In this document: piece by piece, positions 18,650 through 27,629 of the stretch
How positions within the stretch are numbered: position 1 is the first letter of the stretch
Layout of the letters: every line of letters begins with the position of its first letter
The notes under the pieces: model-generated
The model's input: the letters and a program-made list of their open reading frames with translations, nothing else
Databases searched by the model: none
What the model was told of the DNA's origin: nothing
Program-made: the position numbers and the translations under genes
NCBI GenBank assembly: GCA_004552385.1
Contig: SFOL01000001.1
Span: forward strand, 10,146 to 74,145
DNA from: Bacteroidales bacterium
Lineage (GTDB): Bacteria; Bacteroidota; Bacteroidia; Bacteroidales; Marinilabiliaceae
Direction: 5' to 3'
Length of the DNA stretch: 64,000 bases

Positions 18650-19384
18650 CTACTCTTTCGCGCCGAGCTCAATCCACGTCTTGACGAGTTCCGGCAGAGT
18701 TGCGACGTCGTATTCAGTGAACATGGGCGTGTGCGAGTATCCGAGGTTCTCATCGCCCTCGGTAATGACCTTGTAAAGGTAGCTGTTTGCGGCTTCGCCC
18801 GGCACAACCCTTAGCATTTCGGGGTACTTATGCGCCGGTGCGTTGACAAGGTTGTCGTACGCGCTGCCCTCAGAGAGGTTAAGTCCACCCGCGGGTTGCC
18901 CCCCCTGATGGCAACGGATGCAGTTGAGGCTCGTCCCGTTGAAGACGGTCGTGTTCACCACGCCAAACGGGCTCACGTCGACCCTTCCGAGTTCGAGTTT
19001 CAGGGTGTCTTCACTGTCATGGCCCTCGGGTATCTCACATTTGCTGATGGTCGCGACACGCTGGCGTAGGACGTCGACAACAGCAAGTTCAATGGAGGTG
19101 GCGGTTGTTGGTATTCCGGCCAAGACGATGGAGTCAAGGACATCATCAGCCCCCGTGCTGGTCAGATTCTTCTGAATGCGGGAGTAACGGCTGTCGTTTG
19201 AGAAACCTGCCAAAACCACCGAGTAGGAGCTGCCCCACATGTCGAGGCCGCGCAAGTCGGCAACCAGGAGGGCCTTGTAGGTCTCGGTCGTGTCGGAGTA
19301 GACGGGGTCGGTCACGCTGCCATCGTCGCACGACGCAAAGGCGAGCGCGGCGAGGATTGGCAGTGAGAGAAAGAAACGTCTCAT
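18650..19384 (-). CDS. Lipoprotein with a single c-type haem motif (PSCyt1-like cytochrome c domain)
   Basis: The ORF is 18650..19399, with the start placed at MRRFFLSLPILAALAFASC (lipobox). The C-terminal block is NCIRCHQGGQPAGGLNLSEGSAYDNLVN..VVPGEAANSYLYKVI, which contains a CXXCH motif and resembles the planctomycete-type cytochrome c domain. Confidence 0.6.
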   Translation of the reverse strand: MRRFFLSLPILAALAFASCDDGSVTDPVYSDTTETYKALLVADLRGLDMWGSSYSVVLAGFSNDSRYSRIQKNLTSTGADDVLDSIVLAGIPTTATSIELAVVDVLRQRVATISKCEIPEGHDSEDTLKLELGRVDVSPFGVVNTTVFNGTSLNCIRCHQGGQPAGGLNLSEGSAYDNLVNAPAHKYPEMLRVVPGEAANSYLYKVITEGDENLGYSHTPMFTEYDVATLPELVKTWIELGAKE

Positions 19385-19405
19385 ATCAATAGAAAACAAG
19401 GGACT

Positions 19406-20644
19406 TTAGAAAGTGTATTGCAACATGACGCAAGCGCTCTGCTTGGCGAGGCCAAGGTCGTCGTTGTCGCGGTCGAGCTGAGTCTTGTGGCCAGTGCGGC
19501 CTATGAATTGGTAAACGCCCGACAGCTTGAGGCCCGAGTTGCGGATGAAGTAGTTGAAGCCGACCGCGGGACTGTTAAGGATGCCGTCGGTGCTTGAGCT
19601 GTTGCGGTCATAGAAGTCGTAGCGCGCTGTGACCTGCCACTGCGGATGTACGAAGTAGCCGGCCTGGACGTATCCGCCGAAGAAGTTATATGTCTTGTCA
19701 ATCTTCTGGCGGTCGGTGAAGCCGACATGCATCATGTAGGCCTCAGCGGCCACGAAGAGACGCTTGTGGAGCCATGAGAACTCGATCCCGGCGCGGGTGT
19801 CGTTGGTGCTCTCGCTCTCGCTCTCGACATTTATGCTGCCCGAGACGGCGACCTCGAGCTTGTTCTCATCCAGCATCTTGGCGTTGCCCTGGGTGCGCGG
19901 CATGTCGCCAAAGGGTGTCCATGAGAGTCGACAGGCGTAGAGGAGCGAGGGGATGTGCCAATCGTCGGAGAATGTTTTGGTCGCAGTGTTCGAGCCGGAG
20001 CCGTTGCCGTTGAAGAAGCCGACCTCATAGCCGAACGAGGGGCAAATGTCGCCATGGAGCATTACTCCGAGATCGAAACCCGTGCCAATTTTAGGCATGA
20101 CGGCGTTGAGAGAGTAAGGCATAATGGTTGTTGCCGTCAGCGAGACGGGGAGGATTGGCATGAGCGTCTCGCCAAGAGTGGTGAGGTAGGCGCTGGTGAA
20201 CGGCGTCTTGAACTTGCCCACTCGCACCGCGAACCCATTGTTGACCTTGACGTCGAACCAAGCCTGCTGAAGAATATTGGCGCCTGTGGCGGCGGCATTG
20301 ACCGACAGGTTGTAGGTTATATGGTCAAACGCCTTGCCGGTGAAGCCGAGGACGGCGTAAGGAATTGCGAATCCGCTGTTGGCGACGTTATCCTGGTTGT
20401 AAGCCTTGTCGAGCCCCTCGTCGTCATAATAGTTGTAGTTGACGGTGGTCTGGAGCATCATGTAAGGCTTGAAAGAGAAGCGGTGGTCGGCACTCCCGAT
20501 CTGGAACATTCGGTCACTTCCGATCGTCACGACGCCATTCTCGGCATCGAACTGTTGCGGTTGCCCCGCAGGCTGCTGAGCATCCTGGGCGTAAAGGGCT
20601 TGTGAGGTGAGAGCCGCGATGGCGGCAAGATATAGGGATTTCAT
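19406..20644 (-). CDS. Outer-membrane porin-like beta-barrel (phosphate-selective porin O/P-like)
   Basis: The ORF is 19406..20662, with the start placed at MKSLYLAAIAALTSQALYAQ. It shows an alternating beta-strand pattern and ends in the aromatic terminus ..CVMLQYTF. Confidence 0.6.
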   Translation of the reverse strand: MKSLYLAAIAALTSQALYAQDAQQPAGQPQQFDAENGVVTIGSDRMFQIGSADHRFSFKPYMMLQTTVNYNYYDDEGLDKAYNQDNVANSGFAIPYAVLGFTGKAFDHITYNLSVNAAATGANILQQAWFDVKVNNGFAVRVGKFKTPFTSAYLTTLGETLMPILPVSLTATTIMPYSLNAVMPKIGTGFDLGVMLHGDICPSFGYEVGFFNGNGSGSNTATKTFSDDWHIPSLLYACRLSWTPFGDMPRTQGNAKMLDENKLEVAVSGSINVESESESTNDTRAGIEFSWLHKRLFVAAEAYMMHVGFTDRQKIDKTYNFFGGYVQAGYFVHPQWQVTARYDFYDRNSSSTDGILNSPAVGFNYFIRNSGLKLSGVYQFIGRTGHKTQLDRDNDDLGLAKQSACVMLQYTF

Positions 20645-20703
20645 TTTATTGGGGATATACAAAGTTAATAAAAGACAATGTGGAGAAAGGGCGTGCAGAG
20701 ACG

Positions 20704-22242
20704 CTAAAGCGACTCGATGAACTTTATAAGAGCCTGACGGTCGGCTCTGTCCATATTCCTGAACAGGTTCTTTGAGGCCTCACCCTCACCGCCGTGCCAG
20801 AGGATGGCCTCGGTTAAGTTGCGCGCCCGTCCGTCATGGAGGAAGTAGGTGTGTCCGTTGACCTTTTTCTGCAGGCCGACGCCCCAGAGGGGGGTGGTGC
20901 GCCACTCATTACCCCGAGCCGTGCCGCTGGTGTAGTTGTCGTTGAGGCCCACGCCCATGATCTCGGAGCCCATGTCGTGGAGCAAGTAGTCGGAATACGG
21001 ATGAATGGTCTGCGAGCCAAGCCAAGGCAGCTCGGTACCCTTGAGCAGCGAGGCCCCGCGCGTGCGTGTATGGAGGGTGGAGACGTGGCAGAGGTGGCAC
21101 TTGGCCTGATAGAACATCTTCTCGCCGCGCTCCACGGCCTCGCGCTCGGTCATGGTCACGTCGGTTCCGTCGCTCGTGTTGAGCGTAACCTCGACGTTTT
21201 TGCTCCCCTTGCGTCGGGCGGGGACACCGAGAGAGTGCATATAGAGGTCGACATCCTCCATGTCTTCAGCCGAGACGTCGAGCTGGTCATAGGTGAGGCC
21301 CATCATGGAGCCTTGCGACATCTGGAGCTGCCCCTCGCAAATCTCCTCGGGGTAGCGCGAATTGGTCGCGCCCATATCGCTCGAGAATCCGAGTTCGACG
21401 GTGAGGTCGAGGTGCTGCGCCTTATTGCCAGAGAGTCCGACGCCAGTTACGCCCTTCTCGGTGATGTAGTTGACGCGGCCCGATATGCCGTACTCGGGAT
21501 AGTTACTCTGCTGGGCGAGCCTCTCGATCTCGGAGCGGTCGAGAGCCATCATCTGACCCAAGCCGACATGGCGCAAAGGGATGCGGACAGAACAGAAAAG
21601 ATCCTCGGGCTTAATCTCGACCGAGTCATTCTTGACGCTGTCCCACATCTTCTTATACCACTTGACGACGGTGTAGTTCGGGTGGGCGAGCTCATACTCC
21701 TCGCCGTCGGGGAAGGCGCCCTTCTCGTAGTCATACCTGACCTCGACCTTACCCTCGGGCGTGACGCCATAGATGGACTGGTCGTGGAGGACGCGGCCGT
21801 AGTCTTGGAAGAAGACTCCATTCTTGCGGGCTACGTAGATAAGCATGGCGGACATGCCGTTGTTGCCGGAGCCGTAGACCGGCTTGCCGTCGGGGTCGGT
21901 GCCGATCTGGTTCCACACGGCCGGGGTCGAACGTCCGGCACTGAGGTGGCACGAGGCGCATGAATAGCCGGCGTTGACCGGACCGTATTTATCCACCACA
22001 TTGTCATAAAGGCTGTTGCCATTCTGAAAACGGGAGGCATATTTGCCCGATAGCCATTCAGCGTCAATATCAAAAGCCTTTGATGAGTTGGAGAATATGG
22101 TGGAAGTGCCTGCCGAGAGGCAATAATTCTCCAGTTCTCTGGAGTGCTCGGCAATGAAGTTGTCCACACCCTCAGTGTCATCCTCGCAAGCCGCGAGAGT
22201 GAGGATAAACAAAGGTATGGCAGCCAATGACAGATGTCTCAT
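20704..22242 (-). CDS. DUF1111-type di-haem cytochrome c (peroxidase-like / thiol oxidoreductase family) lipoprotein
   Basis: The ORF is 20704..22302, with the start placed at MRHLSLAAIPLFILTLAAC (22242). It has two CXXCH motifs (GYSCASCHLS and AKCHLCHVS) and a family-like C-terminus RTTPLWGVG..FLHDGRA.TL.EAILWHGGE. Confidence 0.75.
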   Translation of the reverse strand: MRHLSLAAIPLFILTLAACEDDTEGVDNFIAEHSRELENYCLSAGTSTIFSNSSKAFDIDAEWLSGKYASRFQNGNSLYDNVVDKYGPVNAGYSCASCHLSAGRSTPAVWNQIGTDPDGKPVYGSGNNGMSAMLIYVARKNGVFFQDYGRVLHDQSIYGVTPEGKVEVRYDYEKGAFPDGEEYELAHPNYTVVKWYKKMWDSVKNDSVEIKPEDLFCSVRIPLRHVGLGQMMALDRSEIERLAQQSNYPEYGISGRVNYITEKGVTGVGLSGNKAQHLDLTVELGFSSDMGATNSRYPEEICEGQLQMSQGSMMGLTYDQLDVSAEDMEDVDLYMHSLGVPARRKGSKNVEVTLNTSDGTDVTMTEREAVERGEKMFYQAKCHLCHVSTLHTRTRGASLLKGTELPWLGSQTIHPYSDYLLHDMGSEIMGVGLNDNYTSGTARGNEWRTTPLWGVGLQKKVNGHTYFLHDGRARNLTEAILWHGGEGEASKNLFRNMDRADRQALIKFIESL

Positions 22243-22254
22243 CTCTGTTGAGGA

Positions 22255-22324
22255 CTGAAAAAAACACAAAAACAATATCATAGCACAATGTGAAGGCGGC
22301 ACGCCGCAGCGTTCCCACCTTCAC
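22255..22324 (-). terminator. Terminator-like hairpin with a U-tract between the imelysin and DUF1111 genes (possible partial terminator)
   Basis: On the minus strand gtgaaggtgg..ccgccttcac forms a 10-bp stem with one G-U pair. It is followed by attgtgctatgatattgtttttgtgttttttt. A weaker hairpin sits at 22346-22364. Confidence 0.45.
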
Positions 22325-22385
22325 TTGTTAAAGGGCCCGGAATTAAAACCTCTTATGAGGCTTTAAGAACATTTGTCCTTATTAT

Positions 22386-23516
22386 TTAGTTGACCTTGCG
22401 AGCCTCGCCGTCTTTGAAGATGAGGAACTCGAGGGTGTGGAAGCCTCTGAGAGCCTGGGCGGCTGATATGTCATCATTATCCTCATCGAAGTCGCCGTCC
22501 CACACGAGGTCGTCAAAGTCGCCACTATTGAGGATGTTGGTTATGCCGACCTGGTCGAGAGGCCAAGAGTCCATGTTAGGGTCGAGACCCTTGTCAGCCA
22601 CAGGGCCGAAGAGGAAAGCCTCGCTGGTCTCCCATGGTTTGCGAGCAGCGAGCCAAGCCGTTGCGCATTCTTTGAAACCATCGTTTGAAGGAGAATCGGC
22701 AAAAGCCTTGGCAGCGTCGCGAAGAGCTGTAGCCTTCTCTTTAAGGTCCTTGTAAGTGGGGACGACGACCACGTCGACATAGTTGGCCACTGCGGCCTTG
22801 AGGTCAGCCTCGTCAAGTTTCTCGACGACGCTGGCGAGGTCGTCCTCGATTACTTTCCTTAGCTCCTCGCAAGCCTCCTGAGCAGCCTTTGCCTCGGCTC
22901 TTGCTATGTTGTTGCGGAAAGGCTGTGGAATAGCAATAATCTTATTGTAGGCGTCATCGATGGCGTTGACGATCTTGGTGTCGACGGCTGCATCCTTAGC
23001 CTTGACAAGATTTGAGAGAGACTTGTCGGCCACAGTTCCGTCAAGCGAGCCATAGTATGAGTTTCGGACGGAAAGGATATTATTGCTGTAGTCGTCACGC
23101 GAGTGCCAGCTGTACCAAGACTCTACAGCGAGGACCGCCGCCTCTCGAAGACCCGACTCCCACTTGTTGACAGGGTCGCCTATCTTAGACTCGCCTACCT
23201 CGTTGGCAATGTCGGCCGAGCCTTGGATAATCTCCTGGACAGCCTCCTCGCCCGAAAGGCTCTTGAAATATTCCGCATAGCTCTTACCGCCATTGAAAGA
23301 TACATCCCAATCGTTGTAGAGGGTCGTGGCGTCGTCAACCAAAAGCTTGGCTACAGTGACCATATAGTTGCCCCAGGTCTTCGCATTGTCGCTGTTATAG
23401 TCGACGGAGGCTACGGTTACGACGCCATTGTTGTCGTCATCGTCATCGTCACAGGCTGTGAAAGAGCATACCACGCAAACAGCCACAGCGGCAATTGATA
23501 AGAACTTCGTTTTCAT
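22386..23516 (-). CDS. Imelysin-family (Peptidase_M75-like, EfeO/IrpA-like) lipoprotein
   Basis: 376 aa with lipobox VCSFTACDDD. The HxxE signature is ALRGFHTLEFLIFKDG, and the first half carries the motif VESWYSWHSRDDYSNN. Confidence 0.8.
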   Translation of the reverse strand: MKTKFLSIAAVAVCVVCSFTACDDDDDDNNGVVTVASVDYNSDNAKTWGNYMVTVAKLLVDDATTLYNDWDVSFNGGKSYAEYFKSLSGEEAVQEIIQGSADIANEVGESKIGDPVNKWESGLREAAVLAVESWYSWHSRDDYSNNILSVRNSYYGSLDGTVADKSLSNLVKAKDAAVDTKIVNAIDDAYNKIIAIPQPFRNNIARAEAKAAQEACEELRKVIEDDLASVVEKLDEADLKAAVANYVDVVVVPTYKDLKEKATALRDAAKAFADSPSNDGFKECATAWLAARKPWETSEAFLFGPVADKGLDPNMDSWPLDQVGITNILNSGDFDDLVWDGDFDEDNDDISAAQALRGFHTLEFLIFKDGEARKVN

Positions 23517-23563
23517 CTGTTTAGATAATTGTTTTTGTATGTTTTGCTTTTGTTATAATCAGA

Positions 23564-25006
23564 CTATTTGCGGAAGAACAAGCCCACATAGGCTATGCCT
23601 ATGGAGAACTCATTCTCGTTATGGTAGTTGGTCGACTTGAACGGCTTGTTGGTGCCGATGTGGCGGGTGGTGCAATCGGCCTTCACTACGAGGTTGGGCA
23701 GTGCGAACCAGTTTAGGCCAGCCGTCCATTTGGCCACCTGGCATCGGACGTCGACCGTCTTGCCCTTGTCGGCAAGCTCCTGCGGATTGTAATACTCATA
23801 CCTCACGAAGGGGTAGATGACGGGGCCTCGGCCACCGGCGTAGAAGATGTTCTTGAGGTTGGCGCCGGCCTCCACGCCGTAGGCCATAGCCGTCTTGGCC
23901 ACGGGGCGCTCGGCTCCGTGATGGTAGCTGGACTTGCTTGACATGGTGACGGCAGATATTTTGCCGGCGTTCTCAAGGTTGCCGCGGATGTAGTTGGCGC
24001 GGACCGTCACGAAAGGGTTCTTGTACTGGGCGTCGAAAGACCATATTGTCAGGCTCGACTCGCCACAGCTGCTATACTTATATGTCTTGTCAGCATTCTT
24101 CGTGACGTCGTTGACGTAGTAGATGGATGCTCCTACCCTCAGACCTCTTACGCCTTTCCAGTTGATGCGGCCCACATAGGCGGGGGAGGAGAAATTGTCA
24201 ACCTCGAAAAGCCCCTGCTTCCCACTTCCGACCCAGTTGTCGCGGCCGAAGCCGTCGGGGTTGAGACCGGCTACAACCATCGCCTCATAGTCAAAAGTGG
24301 CACCGTATGCCCCAAAGTCTCCAAAGAACGATATGCCCGTCTCGTGCCATGTCGACGGGATTATGACCGTCTCACCCTCGGGGCGCGAAGTGCCGAAAAA
24401 GTTGATTGGCTCGTGGTGAGAATTGGTGAGACCTAAGGTCACTATCTGATGACCCACGCGCACGTTGAAAGAGCGGCCGATAAGGCGAGTGATGTGCAAC
24501 TGCTCCAGAGCCACCTCGCCGCCTTTCTCCATCTCGGTCTCATACTCGAGGTTCTCGGTCTTCTCCAGCTCCTGCTCTATGCCCACGCCACCGGCCTCGA
24601 ACTCTATCTCCATGCCGAGATTCCAATCGGCGTTGAAACGATAGTCGCCGGCCAGGACTACACGCGGCATGGCAACAGTGCGGCGGGTGTCGTCATCGCT
24701 CGTGCCGCCGTAGAAGCGGTTCTTGCCATAGTTGAGGAACGAGGCGACGAGCTCGCCATAGCCGCCAATGCGGAACTTGCTGTACGACTCGCCGTCGTCT
24801 TTCTTCTCCTGCTCGGGCTGCTCAGGTTGCTCGCTCTTGTTCGTGGCACCCGTGCGAGCGTCGGTCTCACTTTCGGGGCGCGAGGTAGTCTCATCGTCTG
24901 TTTGCGCCTTAAGGGGTTGCGCCGCCACCACGAGCGCAAGGAGAGCCGCAAGCCCTCCATGGAATGTTTTCATCGTTGTCTTCAAGTGTCTTCGGAAGGT
25001 TTTCAC
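23564..25006 (-). CDS. Outer-membrane porin-like beta-barrel with an acidic, low-complexity N-terminal extension
   Basis: 480 aa. A signal peptide (..AAQPLKAQ) is followed by TDDETTSRPESETD..EQPEQPEQEKKDDGE and then beta-barrel-like repeats. An alternative start is Met12 (24973). Confidence 0.55.
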   Translation of the reverse strand: MKTFRRHLKTTMKTFHGGLAALLALVVAAQPLKAQTDDETTSRPESETDARTGATNKSEQPEQPEQEKKDDGESYSKFRIGGYGELVASFLNYGKNRFYGGTSDDDTRRTVAMPRVVLAGDYRFNADWNLGMEIEFEAGGVGIEQELEKTENLEYETEMEKGGEVALEQLHITRLIGRSFNVRVGHQIVTLGLTNSHHEPINFFGTSRPEGETVIIPSTWHETGISFFGDFGAYGATFDYEAMVVAGLNPDGFGRDNWVGSGKQGLFEVDNFSSPAYVGRINWKGVRGLRVGASIYYVNDVTKNADKTYKYSSCGESSLTIWSFDAQYKNPFVTVRANYIRGNLENAGKISAVTMSSKSSYHHGAERPVAKTAMAYGVEAGANLKNIFYAGGRGPVIYPFVRYEYYNPQELADKGKTVDVRCQVAKWTAGLNWFALPNLVVKADCTTRHIGTNKPFKSTNYHNENEFSIGIAYVGLFFRK

Positions 25007-25024
25007 CTAACTAATTTCTGTTTG

Positions 25025-25032
25025 CAAATTTA
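25025..25032 (-). promoter_or_regulatory. -7 promoter motif (TAAATTTG) for the porin/imelysin operon
   Basis: The reverse complement of caaattta matches TAnnTTTG 19 nt upstream of the ATG at 25006. Confidence 0.45.
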
Positions 25033-25210
25033 GACTTGTTCGTAATTAAGAATAATACCGCAAACTGACCATTTTAGAGGCATTCTAAGAAACGAAAGGC
25101 GCGCCCAATACCTAAAAACAACTAAGGGACGGCGTGGGCCAACATACAGGCGGGAGGACAGGAGGCGCGGGAGAACAGATGTCATCAGGCGGAAAGGGAC
25201 TATATTTTCG

Positions 25211-25218
25211 TACATTTG
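25211..25218 (+). promoter_or_regulatory. -7 promoter motif (TACATTTG) for ccsBA
   Basis: Matches TAnnTTTG 24 nt upstream of the ATG at 25242. Confidence 0.45.
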
Positions 25219-25241
25219 CCTCCTCAAAACGGAGCGAGACA

Positions 25242-27500
25242 ATGATAAAGAACATAATCAGGGCGTCATTTATAGGCGTGATGCTCAGCATGATAGCCGC
25301 TACTGTACTCGACCAGGCTCTCGTGACGGGCTTCGCCGCGGCGCACGTATACTCGGCATGGTGGTTCTGCCTGCTTTGGGCCATAATGGCCGTGGCCTCA
25401 TTTGCGTACATAGCCAAGAGCGGCATGAGGAAGAGGCCGGCCCCGCTGCTTCTGCACATCTCGTTCGGAGTAATACTCGCCGGGGCGCTGGCCACGCACA
25501 CGATGGGCGAGCAGGGCGTGATGCGCATACGCGAAGGGGGCGAGACGAGGCAATTCGTAAGCGACGATGGGAAACTCACAGACCTGCCGTTCGCAGTCTC
25601 GCTGAACAAGTTCGAGATAATTACATACCCCGGGACGGACTCACCCATGGACTACGTGAGCCACGTCTCGTTCCGAGGCGAAGACGGCTACAGCCAAGAC
25701 GCTCAAATATCAATGAACAACATAGCCACCCACATGGGCTACCGCTTCTACCAGGCGTCTTACGACCCCGACAGGCGCGGAACCCTCCTCTCCGTCAGCC
25801 ACGACCCTGTGGGGATAGGCGTAACATACACAGGCTACGCCATGCTCTTCATATCGCTGCTCCTCCTGCTCATCATGCCCGGCGAGACGTTCCGGCGCAG
25901 CCTCAAGGCACTGAACGACAGGGCGAAGTCGGCAGCCGCAAAAACGGCAGTGGTGGCGCTTTCGCTGGCAACGTGGGTCAACGCCGAGGCGCAAAAAATT
26001 GAAGTGGAGGCCGACGTGACGGAGGTGATGCCGGCCGACGTGGCAGCACGGTTTGGCGACTTGCACGCCTACTATAATGGGCGCGTATGCCCTCTGCAGA
26101 CTGTAGCGAAAGACTTCACAATGAAGCTCTACGGACGCGACACATACATGGGGCTCACGAGCGAGCAGGTCTTGATGGGCTGGACGCTCGACGCTCCAAG
26201 ATGGGCGGGCGTACGCATGATAAGAATCAAGCGCGCGGCGGCCGCTGAGCTGGGGATGAAAGAGACCCTCGTTTCATACGACGACCTGGCGAATGGCGAC
26301 CTGCCGGCGAAAATAAGGAAGGCGCACGAAGAGGGCGGGACATCGGCCCGCGCCCTCGAAGAGGCCGAGGAGAAGGCTGACGTAATACGCATGCTCTTTG
26401 CCGGGCAGATGCTCAAGGTCTTCCCTCTGGCCGACAGCGCACGAGCAGTGAAATGGTACAGCCCCGCCGACGCCCTGCCGCGCTCCACGGGCGAGGCGAC
26501 GTCTTCTTTCGTAAGAGACATTTTCGGCCGGGCCGCTGATGGCATCAAGACACGCGACTGGGAGACGGTGGGGAGCGTGGCGGACCGCGTGGCGGAGTTC
26601 CAGCGCATAGCCGCCCGCGGCACGGGCGCACTGCCCCCGGCCGGCAAGTTCAAGGCGGAGAAGGCCTATAACAAGCTGGGGGTCACCCGCCCTCTGGCCA
26701 TGACGCTGACCGCCGTGGGCATCATGTTCTTCTTCATCGTGGCCTATCTCTGGGGCCAGGGCATAACGAGCCGTGCCATGCGAATATTCACCGCCACGCT
26801 GTCGGCGCTCCTCGGCCTGGTGGGGGCGTATCTCGCGGCCATGTTCTGCCTCAGGTGGTACGTCGGCGGCCACCTGCCGCTAAGCAACGGGTATGAGACA
26901 ATGCAATTTATGAGCCTCTGCGCGATAGTGTGCTCCTTGGCGTGCACGCGCCGTTTCGCCCTCGCCCTGCCGTTCGGCTACCTGCTATCGGGCCTCACGA
27001 TGATGGTCTCAATGTTTGGCGAGAGCAACCCGCAGGTCACCAACCTCATGCCAGTGCTCCAATCACCGTTGCTGAGCGTCCACGTGTGTCTCGTCATGAT
27101 ATCATACAGCCTCCTGGCGTTCACGGCGCTCAACGGGCTTGCCGCCATAGCGATGAGAGCCATGCCGTTGCGTGCCGACACCACCGGCGAGCGCATCGAG
27201 ACGCTGGCCGCCATAAGCCGGGTGCTGCTGACGCCCGCCGTGGCGTGTCTGGCCGCGGGCATCTTTGTGGGCGCGATATGGGCCAACCAGTCGTGGGGCA
27301 GGTACTGGGGCTGGGATCCCAAGGAGGTGTGGGCACTCATAACAATGATGTTCTACGCCATACCGTTCCACCCCACCCTCTCCGGCCGGCTGGGCAAAGC
27401 CATGGCGCTTCACATTTTCCTCGCGCTGGCTTTCGCCTGCGTCCTGATGACCTATTTCGGCGTGAACTACCTGCTGGGCGGAATGCACTCCTACGCATAG
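25242..27500 (+). CDS. ccsBA: Cytochrome c biogenesis System II fusion protein CcsBA (ResB-like plus CcsA haem-handling domain)
   Basis: The ORF is 25134..27500, with the start placed at MIKNIIRASFIGVMLSMIAA. The N-terminal half is ResB-like and multi-TM. The C-terminal half carries the WWD motif ANQSWGRYWGWDPKEVWALI. Confidence 0.85.
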   Translation: MIKNIIRASFIGVMLSMIAATVLDQALVTGFAAAHVYSAWWFCLLWAIMAVASFAYIAKSGMRKRPAPLLLHISFGVILAGALATHTMGEQGVMRIREGGETRQFVSDDGKLTDLPFAVSLNKFEIITYPGTDSPMDYVSHVSFRGEDGYSQDAQISMNNIATHMGYRFYQASYDPDRRGTLLSVSHDPVGIGVTYTGYAMLFISLLLLLIMPGETFRRSLKALNDRAKSAAAKTAVVALSLATWVNAEAQKIEVEADVTEVMPADVAARFGDLHAYYNGRVCPLQTVAKDFTMKLYGRDTYMGLTSEQVLMGWTLDAPRWAGVRMIRIKRAAAAELGMKETLVSYDDLANGDLPAKIRKAHEEGGTSARALEEAEEKADVIRMLFAGQMLKVFPLADSARAVKWYSPADALPRSTGEATSSFVRDIFGRAADGIKTRDWETVGSVADRVAEFQRIAARGTGALPPAGKFKAEKAYNKLGVTRPLAMTLTAVGIMFFFIVAYLWGQGITSRAMRIFTATLSALLGLVGAYLAAMFCLRWYVGGHLPLSNGYETMQFMSLCAIVCSLACTRRFALALPFGYLLSGLTMMVSMFGESNPQVTNLMPVLQSPLLSVHVCLVMISYSLLAFTALNGLAAIAMRAMPLRADTTGERIETLAAISRVLLTPAVACLAAGIFVGAIWANQSWGRYWGWDPKEVWALITMMFYAIPFHPTLSGRLGKAMALHIFLALAFACVLMTYFGVNYLLGGMHSYA

Positions 27501-27574
27501 GCCCCGCCAGAGGCGCGAGGGGGAGGGCGAGAGCCGGCCGTTATTTTTGATTTGTCTATATTAGTGTTTTGAGG

Positions 27575-27582
27575 TAAATTTG
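27575..27582 (+). promoter_or_regulatory. -7 promoter motif (TAAATTTG) for recJ
   Basis: Matches TAnnTTTG. Its position argues against the ORF-track ATG at 27588 and for the start at 27630. Confidence 0.4.
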
Positions 27583-27629
27583 CTAAAATGGGCCATGGTC
27601 GAAAAAAAACGCATGGCGCCAATAAGACA

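Noticed and set aside
25043-25057. AT-rich TAATTAAGAATAATA in the divergent promoter region, considered as a Fur box for the imelysin operon
   Set aside because: The resemblance to the Fur consensus is loose and there is no clear dyad symmetry. It cannot be supported without a position weight matrix or comparative data.
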